A stretch of DNA of 50,416 nt, from assembly GCA_034722955.1 (NCBI GenBank), contig JAYEOM010000028.1, positions 1-50,416 on the forward strand, written 5' to 3'. The notes under the pieces were generated by a model, which had not been told where the DNA came from, made no database searches, and saw only the letters and a list, made by a program, of their open reading frames with translations. A program made the translations under genes and the position numbers. The DNA is from Campylobacterota bacterium (GTDB lineage Bacteria > Campylobacterota > Campylobacteria > Campylobacterales > Sulfurovaceae). Shown in pieces: positions 1-9,469 of the stretch. The first letter of the stretch is position 1. Every line of letters starts with the position of its first letter.

Positions 1-327
1 CCCACAAGAGTCTGAGTATGCCCGAACGAAGTGACAAATGCCCTTGGGGTGCGCCCGAGCAAAGCGACAAAGTGCTCTTGGGGTGCCGATGAGGAGCACA
101 GTGGCGGATTAGTTCGTAGTAGTGATGAAGCTCCTGTAATGGGAGTGGAGCAAAGGGGCTAACTTATTCAATCTGAAAGATAGACCAATCAGAAATGAGA
201 GGAGTTCATCTACAAAGATAATAGCTTGACAATAGTTAAACTTGAATAAGAAGAGCCGTGTGACGGGAGACTGTCACGCACGGTTCTGTGAGAGCCTGAG
301 GGGGAAGTTCCCACGGGCGACTCGACT
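1..327 (+). mobile_element. 3' portion of a group II intron (IIB-like) with no intron-encoded ORF; 5' end lies outside the window
   Basis: Canonical 34-nt domain V GAGCCGTGTGACGGGAGACTGTCACGCACGGTTC at 253-286 (AGC triad). Domain VI-like TGTGAGAGCCTGAGGGGGAAGTTCCCACGGGCGACTCGAC(T) ends at about 326-327. J2/3 GGA at 106-108. Domain III closed by TTAGTTC(109-115)/GGGCTAA(156-162). Domain IV closed by a perfect 9-bp stem CTTATTCAA(163-171)/TTGAATAAG(242-250). Confidence 0.93.
19..85 (+). repeat. Two tandem 33-34 nt GCCCG...CTTGGGGTG mini-repeat units inside the intron
   Basis: TGCCCGAACGAAGTGACAAATGCCCTTGGGGTG (19-51) followed by CGCCCGAGCAAAGCGACAAAGTGCTCTTGGGGTG (52-85). A related unit lies at 31698-31723. 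Confidence 0.8.
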
Positions 328-613
328 GATGAAAATAAACTTTTAATCATATTTATCTCTTCCATTTACTATAGACTCTAGCCACCCAAAGAGTATGCGT
401 ATGCTCATAGTGACTCCTTTGTCTGGTTGAAGTAATTTGATTTGATTTTAGCTGAATGTTTGTTTAAGTTTGGTGAGAGGGTGTTTTTGGTGTGTGTTTA
501 GTGACTTAATTATTTGTTACCTCTTTGCCCATGAATGTAAAAGTGTATATTCGCCACCTGACCCTAAGATTCTGGATCGGGGATAGGAATAGTGCCAAGA
601 TTCTTGCAAAATT

Positions 614-1132
614 TCAAACTATCAAATCGATAATGACTTCAATATCCAAAAACATAGGCACTGGTTCGGAGCTCTTCAAAGCAACAAAGCCCAAGCTTCT
701 ATAAAATAAAATTGCATCTTTTTCGGCTAACAAGTAGATACCTCGACATCCTGCAAGATCAGAAATCTGCACTGTCTTGAGCATAGCATCACGCAGAAGT
801 CTTTTGCCTATACCTTGACTCTGCAAATGCTTACTTACGCTTAGCATTCCCAACTTCACCACAGGAACAACAGGTGGGAGTCCTGATGGCTTGTCTATAT
901 CCTCAAAGGAGTCACGAGTGATAGAAAAAGTATCTAAAGTGTAGAATCCTACAAACTCATCACCATTATGAGTATCGAGCAGTACATAAGCTTGGCTTAA
1001 ATGCTTGCCAACTCTTTTTTTGAGAGACTTTTTTACAAAAGTATTGATCATATCATTGTTACAGTCAAAAGTTTTGATACCTCTATATGATAAAGTTGTA
1101 TCAAACTGAGTGAGCCTAAACCTACTCATCAA
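614..1132 (-). CDS. GNAT-family acetyltransferase toxin (AtaT/TacT-like)
   Basis: FDC..INTFV start, VGFYTL, VPVVKLGMLSV, acetyl-CoA motif QSQGIGKRLL, FYRSLGF. Overlaps the upstream DUF1778 gene. Confidence 0.9.
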   Translation of the reverse strand: MMSRFRLTQFDTTLSYRGIKTFDCNNDMINTFVKKSLKKRVGKHLSQAYVLLDTHNGDEFVGFYTLDTFSITRDSFEDIDKPSGLPPVVPVVKLGMLSVSKHLQSQGIGKRLLRDAMLKTVQISDLAGCRGIYLLAEKDAILFYRSLGFVALKSSEPVPMFLDIEVIIDLIV

Positions 1133-1394
1133 AACTCTTCGAGTTCATTAACTCTCTTAACTCTTTTGTTGGTTTTTTTGGCATCTTGAGCTGTTGTTCA
1201 AAATTTTTCCATTCATCTTGAGAAAGTTTCAAATAATGCTCTTCTCTCATAATATTTTTTGCTCTTGTCGTTGCAGTAGATATGAGAAAACTACTCAAAT
1301 CCATCCCTAAAGAGTGGGCTGCATCCTGCAATAGTATTTTGATCTCATTAGATGTTTTGAACTCTATGCGTGCATCTTTGGTTGCTATCAACAT
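1122..1394 (-). CDS. DUF1778 / RHH antitoxin (AtaR/TacA-like)
   Basis: KDARIEFKT..IKILLQDAA..LGMDLSSF..LSQDEW..F...L..P..PT..L pattern; directly upstream of the GNAT gene. Confidence 0.9.
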   Translation of the reverse strand: MLIATKDARIEFKTSNEIKILLQDAAHSLGMDLSSFLISTATTRAKNIMREEHYLKLSQDEWKNFEQQLKMPKKPTKELRELMNSKSFDE

Positions 1395-1406
1395 ATTCTA
1401 TCCTTA

Positions 1407-1453
1407 TACGGTTATCGTACGGATATTATATAGTGTTTTAATCTCAATGTCAA
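1407..1453 (-). promoter_or_regulatory. Consensus sigma70 promoter of the GNAT TA operon, plus a likely autorepression operator
   Basis: On the minus strand, TTGACA (1453-1448), 17-nt spacer, TATAAT (1430-1425). Inverted repeat TACG-N5-CGTA (1407-1419) just downstream of the -10 box. Confidence 0.85.
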
Positions 1454-1527
1454 TGAGTTAAAAATCTTAACACAAAATAAAAGTATACCTGATATATACA
1501 TTGTCTATGCGTATATATGGGTGAGGA

Positions 1528-4500
1528 TCACCGTGCTATTTCGATACCATCGATCCCTAGTTTGCTATCTTTCTCAGTGATGGTTAGTAGATGTTTGCTG
1601 GTTCCTCGTAGTTTTTTGTGACCATTGTCTAGTGTATACTTGAAAATGATCTTGACTTGATAGTTGTGTAGTGTGCTGTCTTCACTGACTATCTGGATAT
1701 CTTGGATGCTGTAACTCTTTTTTGCCCACTCTCCGTTGTACTGCTCTTTGTTCTTTAAGATATATGACTTGCTTACATTGTCTCTGCTAAAGTAGTGTTT
1801 GACAGGGAAGTGAAAGTATTTGAGGAAATCTTGAGGGTCAGCGTTGGAGGCTTCGAGCATGTAGAACTCTCTAACTAGCTCTTTGACCTCATCTCTAGGA
1901 GGGTAGCCTGTTTGTGGCTGCTGTGATATCTCTTGTTTGGTTTTTACTATGACTGTCTCTGTCTGTTTGGCATAGTCGTTGATACGGCTGTCATACATAG
2001 CCTCTACACTCACAGCAGGGAGATGGCACTCTCCTAGTGTTGTCGCTATAAGTGGAGTGTAGATAACAGTTTTGTTTTGGAGTATGACGACTCTGGTTTT
2101 GTTGCTTCCTGGGATCTTCTCTCTCTTTGTCTTTTTATCTACAGAGAGAAAATGCAGGACTCTATCATCTCGTATATCTTTATAGTCAAGATCCAAGTTG
2201 ACATCCTTAAAAGGACTACTGTTTGATTTGCTTATGCGTGTATTGACGATATCCATACAGGCAGGGATGCGTTCGTTGAGGACTATATTGTCTATGGAGG
2301 CCATGTTACCTAGTGTCACTTTGCTATAGATCTTGCTCCCCTGCTCTAAGTTTTTGAGATTTACCTGATCTCCATCTATATCGATAAACTCTCTGCTGAT
2401 ACTCAACTTTTTTTGTTGGGAGAGTCTGTTTTTGATAGGATGAGGCAGTGGTTTGAATAGTTCAACTGTATAGTTGACTACACCTGAAAATGGATCGATA
2501 ACGATACGATCACCCAGCATCTTTCTGGTAAAGGCAGTCGTTTTGTCGTAGCTCTCCTTCTCTCCATTGATTATGATATTGACACCCATATCTTTTTGGA
2601 TCGCTTCTCCTAAATAGGTCGCTATCGCCCTAAATGCCAATGCCTTCTCTTGGGTAGAGTATAGTTTGGAGAGTTGCCTCTTGGCATCTTGGTAATCCTC
2701 TTGGTTTTTGGTAAAGTATTTGGAGTTGAGATAGAAGACTAGGAACATATCTCTACTGCGTGATGCGAAAGCTCTAGTGGTATCACTATAGTCTACCTTC
2801 TCTATATCACTCAGACGAATTGCTGCTACATGGGCATAAACCTCTTTGGAGAGTTTCTCATTGCCTATATTTTTGAGTAGTGCACTCATATAGTAGTAGG
2901 AGAGGTAGTAGGAGTTGTATATCTTTTTATCATAAAGCATATTTGCACTGCTCTGAGGTAACTTGCCATGAATAGAGAGGATATAGGCAGCATAGATTCG
3001 TAGAGGCTTATCATATTTGGCACTGAGTCTGTTTTTGGCTTGAACTATGTTGTCAAGTGCCTTGAAGATACGCTGTTTGACATCATCATCTAGATAGACT
3101 CCAGAGGCATTGAGATCGAGTAGTGTCTCCGAAGCGTAGAGAGATGCATAAGCATTGATATATCCATCAGGCTCCCAATAAGCGAACTCTCCATATCCAT
3201 TTTGTTGGTTGGAGAGTTTTTTGACCCCTTGTTGGATATAGTTTTTGCTATTGCTGAGGAGTTTGTCTTCACGCATAAATGGTTTAGCATAGAACATTGC
3301 AGCGATCTTTGAACTCGTCTGCTCTGCACATCCATAAGGGTACCCAACTAGATATTTCAAATCACCATAGAGTTGTCCTAGGAGATTGTCAGAGAGACCA
3401 ACTAATGCTTTGGCTTGGCTATATTTTGCAGGGATATCTATGATGACAGGTTTGGTTGTGGCACCTTGGTAGAGTTTGCTCTGAAGCACATATGGACTCA
3501 TCACCATAAGCTTGACAGAGTTGCTAAATGTTTGACCATCTAACTCTATCTGAAGTTTGATAGAGCCTTTTCCCTCTTGAGTCGCTTCTAGTTGAGCTGT
3601 GATGAGTGTAGAGCTATTGGGTGCTACTGCAAAAGCATCATCATCAAACTTCATCGTCAAGTTACTGCTGACACTCTTTGTGAGTTGAACTATCTTCTCG
3701 CTCTGTGTGGTATTAAAGATACGGATAGGTACTTTGACCTTGTCACCCTTGAGGATAAATCTAGGGTAGGATGGCTTGATCATAATATCATCTTTGATGA
3801 TAAGATCCCTGCTCTCTACTCCTATAGAGTTGGCATCTAGTGCGACCACTACGATAGTCGCCTTGCCATTGAACTCTGGTATCTCTAAGTTGTAGGATGC
3901 TTTTTTGTCCTTGGTATAGATGATATTTGACCAGAGCATAAATGGTTTGACTCTATCTATATTTTCAGGAGCCAAGTGTTTTTTTCTCTTCTCTACAGCT
4001 ATGTCACCTGCACCAAAAGCGATGATATTTCCCTCGGTCAGGTAGTTCATCACCTTCTCATATATATCAAAGTAGAGTAGTTTTTGATCTGCTTGCTGGT
4101 TGAAGAAGTCAAATATTTTCGGTGGTTTCTGTTCGGTGATATTGAGTATGCCGGCATCTACAACGGAGACAAGCAGAGCAGACTCTCTATCTGTTGTGAT
4201 ACTCAATGGTGTAGTATGTCTGGATGGTGTTGTCTCATTGCAATCTAGTGTGATAGTGATACGATGTTTATCTCTGTTGGGCTTGATAAATTCATAGCCC
4301 ATCGCTCTAAAAGGGATGATGGAGGAGTGGGTATCTGTCTTCCTGACAGCTGTAGCATGCAAGTAGAGACCATGCCCCATCTCCATATCGAGAGGGATAT
4401 CCACTTGTGCGGCTCCTTTGTCTATAGCGATACTCTTGTGCCAATATACCTTGTCACCCTCTACAGTGATGAGTAGATACCCCTTCAAGATGGGAGATTT

Positions 4501-7260
4501 GAAAGATGCTTTGAGTCGGTCACCTCTGCTGTAGAGCTTATCTTCAAAGCTGATCTCTACTCGTTTTAGATCAGCTTTGGGTGAGATATTTGTATAGCCC
4601 CAGCCACTCACTTCCAGATCTACACTTGCACTATGTCCTCCTAGTCTGTCATGAACCTCTATGATATAGTCTCCATTGGACTGCAGAGTGCGTTGGAAGT
4701 CTTGGTTGGCAGGGGTGTCAAAGCTGTCGATAGTCTCTGTTTCACTCTCCCAATTGTATTTGCCGTCACTATAGCTGTAGTGCCAATTTCTTTTTTTGAT
4801 CAAGACGCTCAGCTCTCTCTCGGCAGGCTTCATCGTCAGAGGATCGATAAGTATCGCTTTGGCTTTGAAGATTTGACCCGACTCTATAGATCCCTGATCA
4901 CTCTTGATGCCTACCATATGTTTGTATGGATAGATATAGATCTCTCTGTAGGTGGCTACAGGTTGTGTATCATCCATGATCGTAGCCCCTATAGTCGCTT
5001 TGAGTATCGAGGGAACCTCCTGATCAACTCTGCATGGCAGAAGCAGTTCTATTTTGCCCTCTTCATCGAGTATGATATCTTGAGTTATGTCCAGATAGAG
5101 TTGTTCATTATCTTCATTGAGTGATCCATTGCTAAAGCTGTAATCCTTGAACTCCTTATGGCTAAAGTCATGAGCTATGGCACTATAATTTACTTTGCCT
5201 GATAGGTCAGCGGAGGGGGCTCCGAAGAGATATGAGGAGGAGATAGTAGCTTTGATATAGTCATCGCCACTATAGAATGGTTTGTCTGTTTTGATGCTAT
5301 TCTCTATCTGAGGCGGCATGAAGGCTTCTACATCTATGATCTTTTTGCCTATCATCTTTTTGCCAAGCCAAACTTTGAGCTGATATGCTCCTGTAGTATC
5401 TTCATTTGACATCTTGTGAGAGAAGTCAATGATACCTAGAGTGTCAGTTGTATGAACCTCCTCAAGTATGTTGCCATCCTGAAGAGGTGCTAGTGTCACC
5501 TTGAGAGGAATATCGCTCGCTGAGATAAAGTCTCTATCTTTGACGGTGATCATAGCATGGATCACTCCTGATGGTCGTATGATATCACTCTGGAAATATA
5601 TAAATGCTCTGTATCTCTCCACCTCTCTCTTCAAGGTTTTGTAGTTTACACTGTTGAGAGATTTGTTTAATAGTAAAAAGCTTCTGTCTTTGGGGGTTGA
5701 GATGATGATAGCTTTGGGTTTTTTACTCAATAGCAATTTTTTATCGATGATAGCGATGCCATCTCTATCAGAGTTGGCAGTGGCTATTAGGATATTGTTG
5801 GCCGAGTAGAGCTCTACTGTAGCTCCCTCTATGGGTGTACCGTCACTCAAACGCAATAGAGAGACGAAGGCTTGTTCATTTGAAAGATTGGCAGAGATCC
5901 CTATATCACTGACAAAGATGACTTTTGAAGCACTCCGATCGACTATCTCTCCATCACTATCTCTATCTTCATATTGGATAGTGACACGATAGACCCCATT
6001 TGTCGCCTTTTGGGTCAAATCTTTTAGTAGTATTTTCTGTTTTTGGATTTGGTTGTGAGGATTGTCTAGGGTGATATCTTTGGCAAATATCTCCTCTGTA
6101 AACTTCTGAACACCTTTGAGTATCCCTTGGTGATAGTTTATAAAGTACCGGTAGTTGTCATGGGTGATCTTGTCAACTATAACTGTGGCTTTAGAGATAT
6201 TGATACTGGAAAATCCTATCTCTCCTAAATGGGACATGTATGGTTTGTCCGCTTCTATCAGGATGCCACTCTTTCTGTCACCTGTGTCAAAGGTAAAAGA
6301 TATATCATCTTTGAGTTGAGCATAATAGTGTCTCAAGCCCTTTTTGAGTGTTAATTTGTAGCTACTATTGGCTTGAAACTCAGGAGAGGTGATATCTATA
6401 GCATAGAAGCTATCTTCCAAACCAAGCTCCTCTCTATCTTCATAGTCCAGATAGATATCTTGTTTGACTTGGAAATCCTCTATCCCCTCCAATTCAATAA
6501 AATCTATGATGGGGTTTTCGTCAAAATTGTCTTCAAAGAAGAGCCGTATCGAAAAACTTCCATCATCGTTGGATACCATGATAGGTTCATCTTCCATAAT
6601 CATCTCAGAGACTTTATCATTGAGTTTGACCTGTGGTGGTCGCAGCTTCTCTATAGTTTTGATCACTTCACTCCCTAGTCTATCTCCAGAGGTAGTTGTC
6701 AGCGAGGGGAGTAGCTGTAGTTTTAGATTGTCTCCTGTAGCCTCTGTGATCTTGAGGAGGAGTCTTCTGCCATCTTGGCTGCTGAGTTTGTAGTGCAGCT
6801 CCGTATGTGCCAAGTTGTTCATCTTGTATAGCTTGATAGACTCTTTAGCATTTTTGAGATCAACCTGATCATTTAGTACAATCTCTAGGAGTTTCTCTCT
6901 ATCCCTGTAGTGCCAATCCAAGAGTCCAAACTCCTCTGTCTCAAATGCAAAAGTCAACTCCTCATTTATGTCATCATGGAGCCACTCTCTGGCTAGTTCA
7001 CAAACATAACGATGTGAACTCTTCAGTGGTTGACGCGGAAGAATTTCAAGTTTTTTGCTGGAGTGATACTTGTAGACGGCATCTATAGGAGGTGTGCAGG
7101 AGAGTAGTTTTTTATGAGTATAGAGTGTCGTATCATCAAAGATCTTCTCTTCTGACTGCAGCGTGATACTCTGATCACTCTCTACCACTTCATCTGTCAC
7201 TGTTACCGCATAGGTAAAACTCATAAATAGCAATATTGATATCAATAACCGTAAAAACAT
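1528..7260 (-). CDS. Bacterial alpha-2-macroglobulin with intact thioester motif
   Basis: 1910 aa with signal peptide. MG-domain motifs (SDIGI, VEAFMPP, YLFGAP, LLVSVVDAGIL), YPYGCAEQ thioester motif, C-terminal DIRDDRV and EAMYD. Confidence 0.93.
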   Translation of the reverse strand: MFLRLLISILLFMSFTYAVTVTDEVVESDQSITLQSEEKIFDDTTLYTHKKLLSCTPPIDAVYKYHSSKKLEILPRQPLKSSHRYVCELAREWLHDDINEELTFAFETEEFGLLDWHYRDREKLLEIVLNDQVDLKNAKESIKLYKMNNLAHTELHYKLSSQDGRRLLLKITEATGDNLKLQLLPSLTTTSGDRLGSEVIKTIEKLRPPQVKLNDKVSEMIMEDEPIMVSNDDGSFSIRLFFEDNFDENPIIDFIELEGIEDFQVKQDIYLDYEDREELGLEDSFYAIDITSPEFQANSSYKLTLKKGLRHYYAQLKDDISFTFDTGDRKSGILIEADKPYMSHLGEIGFSSINISKATVIVDKITHDNYRYFINYHQGILKGVQKFTEEIFAKDITLDNPHNQIQKQKILLKDLTQKATNGVYRVTIQYEDRDSDGEIVDRSASKVIFVSDIGISANLSNEQAFVSLLRLSDGTPIEGATVELYSANNILIATANSDRDGIAIIDKKLLLSKKPKAIIISTPKDRSFLLLNKSLNSVNYKTLKREVERYRAFIYFQSDIIRPSGVIHAMITVKDRDFISASDIPLKVTLAPLQDGNILEEVHTTDTLGIIDFSHKMSNEDTTGAYQLKVWLGKKMIGKKIIDVEAFMPPQIENSIKTDKPFYSGDDYIKATISSSYLFGAPSADLSGKVNYSAIAHDFSHKEFKDYSFSNGSLNEDNEQLYLDITQDIILDEEGKIELLLPCRVDQEVPSILKATIGATIMDDTQPVATYREIYIYPYKHMVGIKSDQGSIESGQIFKAKAILIDPLTMKPAERELSVLIKKRNWHYSYSDGKYNWESETETIDSFDTPANQDFQRTLQSNGDYIIEVHDRLGGHSASVDLEVSGWGYTNISPKADLKRVEISFEDKLYSRGDRLKASFKSPILKGYLLITVEGDKVYWHKSIAIDKGAAQVDIPLDMEMGHGLYLHATAVRKTDTHSSIIPFRAMGYEFIKPNRDKHRITITLDCNETTPSRHTTPLSITTDRESALLVSVVDAGILNITEQKPPKIFDFFNQQADQKLLYFDIYEKVMNYLTEGNIIAFGAGDIAVEKRKKHLAPENIDRVKPFMLWSNIIYTKDKKASYNLEIPEFNGKATIVVVALDANSIGVESRDLIIKDDIMIKPSYPRFILKGDKVKVPIRIFNTTQSEKIVQLTKSVSSNLTMKFDDDAFAVAPNSSTLITAQLEATQEGKGSIKLQIELDGQTFSNSVKLMVMSPYVLQSKLYQGATTKPVIIDIPAKYSQAKALVGLSDNLLGQLYGDLKYLVGYPYGCAEQTSSKIAAMFYAKPFMREDKLLSNSKNYIQQGVKKLSNQQNGYGEFAYWEPDGYINAYASLYASETLLDLNASGVYLDDDVKQRIFKALDNIVQAKNRLSAKYDKPLRIYAAYILSIHGKLPQSSANMLYDKKIYNSYYLSYYYMSALLKNIGNEKLSKEVYAHVAAIRLSDIEKVDYSDTTRAFASRSRDMFLVFYLNSKYFTKNQEDYQDAKRQLSKLYSTQEKALAFRAIATYLGEAIQKDMGVNIIINGEKESYDKTTAFTRKMLGDRIVIDPFSGVVNYTVELFKPLPHPIKNRLSQQKKLSISREFIDIDGDQVNLKNLEQGSKIYSKVTLGNMASIDNIVLNERIPACMDIVNTRISKSNSSPFKDVNLDLDYKDIRDDRVLHFLSVDKKTKREKIPGSNKTRVVILQNKTVIYTPLIATTLGECHLPAVSVEAMYDSRINDYAKQTETVIVKTKQEISQQPQTGYPPRDEVKELVREFYMLEASNADPQDFLKYFHFPVKHYFSRDNVSKSYILKNKEQYNGEWAKKSYSIQDIQIVSEDSTLHNYQVKIIFKYTLDNGHKKLRGTSKHLLTITEKDSKLGIDGIEIAR

Positions 7261-7321
7261 GACATACCCCTCTAAAATTAAAATCTAAATTAAGTATATC
7301 ATATAAATCTTACAGTTTAAA

Positions 7322-8308
7322 TTATCGTACCGCCTCTGCTACTTTGACAATAGCCATTCCGTAGTTGGAGCTTGGGTTGTATCGCATCAGTACTTTGAAG
7401 TTTTTGGCTCCTAGCCAGAGTTCATCATGGTTACTATCGCGTAGTTTGAGGAGTGATGCTGTGGATTCTCTGAAGCGTGACAGAGGAGTTATGCCATATT
7501 TTTTGAGTGTGGAGAGTTTGTAGGTGCGTTTGCGTCCTGTCCTCAATCCTCTAAAACGCTGACCTTTGTATCGAGCTTGGATAGCAACTTGTGCACCATT
7601 TTTCCAGCCGTTTTTATGCATAAATCTAGCTATGATTCCGATACAATCCTCTACACACCATGGATCTTTTTTGCCGTCACGGTTGTAGTCCATACCGTAG
7701 CGTCTATAGATGGATGGCATCTGCTGGGCGCAACCCATAGCACCGGCAAAAGAGCCTTCAACTTTGCGTGGATCATACCCCTGTTCTCGACATACCAAAA
7801 AGAAGTGTTCCAATTCTGAACGAAAAAATTTCTGCATACGGTTTTTGTGAAAAGCGAGGGTACTTAGAGAGTCAAGGAGACGGTAGTCACCGGTATACTC
7901 TCCTAGTTTGCTCTCCACAGCGATAAACCCGATGATATACTCAGAAGGAATATTGTATTCCCTAGCCGCTTTTTGGAGTATTTTGCGATTTTTTTGTTTG
8001 AATATTTTAGCTTTGCGTATTGTTTTTGGGTCAAGTACATGGGCTTTAAATCGTCTCCATGTACCTACAGTAGAGCCGGCTTTATATCTGCCTGTATAGC
8101 GGTTGAGTGTATCACGATCTAGTTTGGCATCTCTCATCATCCTATTGATATAGCTTCGCTTGAAGTGATGTTTGTTTACCATCTTGTCGATAAAATATTG
8201 TGTTTGCACTTTGTTAGTAAAGTTATATTTGATAGGAGGACGATCATCATTTGCCATCAGAGTGAGTGGTATGATGCCAAGAAGTATATATAGTATGATA
8301 TTTTTCAT
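7322..8308 (-). CDS. mltB: Lytic murein transglycosylase B family (SLT_2)
   Basis: IAVESKLG (catalytic Glu), LSTLAF, FFRSELEHF, GSFAGAMGCAQQMPS, NF..LMRYNPS.NY.MA. Confidence 0.9.
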   Translation of the reverse strand: MKNIILYILLGIIPLTLMANDDRPPIKYNFTNKVQTQYFIDKMVNKHHFKRSYINRMMRDAKLDRDTLNRYTGRYKAGSTVGTWRRFKAHVLDPKTIRKAKIFKQKNRKILQKAAREYNIPSEYIIGFIAVESKLGEYTGDYRLLDSLSTLAFHKNRMQKFFRSELEHFFLVCREQGYDPRKVEGSFAGAMGCAQQMPSIYRRYGMDYNRDGKKDPWCVEDCIGIIARFMHKNGWKNGAQVAIQARYKGQRFRGLRTGRKRTYKLSTLKKYGITPLSRFRESTASLLKLRDSNHDELWLGAKNFKVLMRYNPSSNYGMAIVKVAEAVR

Positions 8309-8316
8309 TATCTTCC

Positions 8317-9246
8317 TTAATTTGTGTCGTAACTGTCTATAAGAAGAAGTGCATCACGATAGATCGGTTCATCGATAAAGCCATATTCAACATCCATAAA
8401 TCCATGTATCTCACGGGATGATTCTCTCTCAAAGGCTTGCTTGATATCTCTGGCTCGTCTTATGGCACTATCGTCTATAGAGAATATCTCATTGGCGATT
8501 GTGACTTGTGCAGGCCCCATACAGGCTTTGGTCGCAAAGCCCATCATCTTCTCTCTCTGGCACCACTCTGTAAATGTCTCTCTGTCACGATACTCTTGAT
8601 ACATGAAAGAGATAGGGTTAAGACCGCTGCTTTTGGCATCGACTAGAAATTTGCTGAGTATATAGTCTATGGTTGGATTGCCGATCTGCAGGATAGATTG
8701 GGGAAGTCCCATAGAGCTGAGCAGATCTAGTATCCCTAGATTGACTGTAGTAAATCGTTCATCAATGCGGAGTCTGTTGAGAGTTTGAAATGCTTGAGCT
8801 GTCTCTAGTGAGATATGCAACTCTCTCTCTTTTGAGAGTATAGTAAGAGCACGGGCGATCTCTGTTTGATCTATTACCTTTGGTATGCGTATTGCATCAA
8901 AAGCAAAATCATTTAGAAATGCTATCTCATCATCACCACCTTCATCTATAGGGTTGGTACGAACTATGATAAAGCTATTGGACTCGTCCAAGTGTGAAAG
9001 AGCCAGAGCTATATTGTGTAGAGCTTCTCTCTTTCTGCTAGGAGCAATAGCATCTTCTAAGTTGAGCGTGATCATATCGGCATCACTCTCATCGATACGA
9101 TTGAGATGCTTCAAGTTTAGTGGATTGAGCATCATATTGGAGCGGAAAGTTCTATCCATACAAGGAGTTTTCCTCTTGGTACCCAAGTGTTGAAGTCGTT
9201 CATTTATGGGTATAGTTTCGATCTCCGATAGGTTTTTAAATATCAT
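8317..9246 (-). CDS. HpcH/HpaI aldolase / citrate lyase beta (CitE-like) family protein
   Basis: RS.M, ADMITLNLEDAIAP..K..A, IVRTN, IRIPKV, SLETA, MGF..KACMGPAQV..ANEIF, FIDEPI. Confidence 0.85.
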   Translation of the reverse strand: MIFKNLSEIETIPINERLQHLGTKRKTPCMDRTFRSNMMLNPLNLKHLNRIDESDADMITLNLEDAIAPSRKREALHNIALALSHLDESNSFIIVRTNPIDEGGDDEIAFLNDFAFDAIRIPKVIDQTEIARALTILSKERELHISLETAQAFQTLNRLRIDERFTTVNLGILDLLSSMGLPQSILQIGNPTIDYILSKFLVDAKSSGLNPISFMYQEYRDRETFTEWCQREKMMGFATKACMGPAQVTIANEIFSIDDSAIRRARDIKQAFERESSREIHGFMDVEYGFIDEPIYRDALLLIDSYDTN

Positions 9247-9469
9247 TGAAGGTTCCTAATCTGTTTTTTTTATCATTATCTATATACTGCATTATCTCTT
9301 TTTATCTTTAATGTTACACTCTTTAACCCGAAATATGCAATAGAGATTAGTTCATTATTATTATGGCATAGGTTTATTTAGTTTTGTTATAATGTTATAA
9401 TGTTATATTGTTTAGTTAGAATTTTTTGGCTCAAGGTATTGATTTGACATATTAATTATAAGGTTATCC

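Noticed and set aside
19..85. Two ~33-nt repeats as a mini CRISPR array
   Set aside because: The units are directly adjacent with no spacer and lie inside a group II intron.
560..1480. GNAT TA module as a second integron cassette
   Set aside because: No complementary core/inverse-core pair or attC-like palindrome was found at its ends.
3090..6793. Short alternative-frame and antisense ORFs inside the alpha-2-macroglobulin gene (and similar ones inside other long genes, e.g. 18739-19260)
   Set aside because: They are fully nested in well-supported genes and show no recognisable motifs; typical shadow ORFs.
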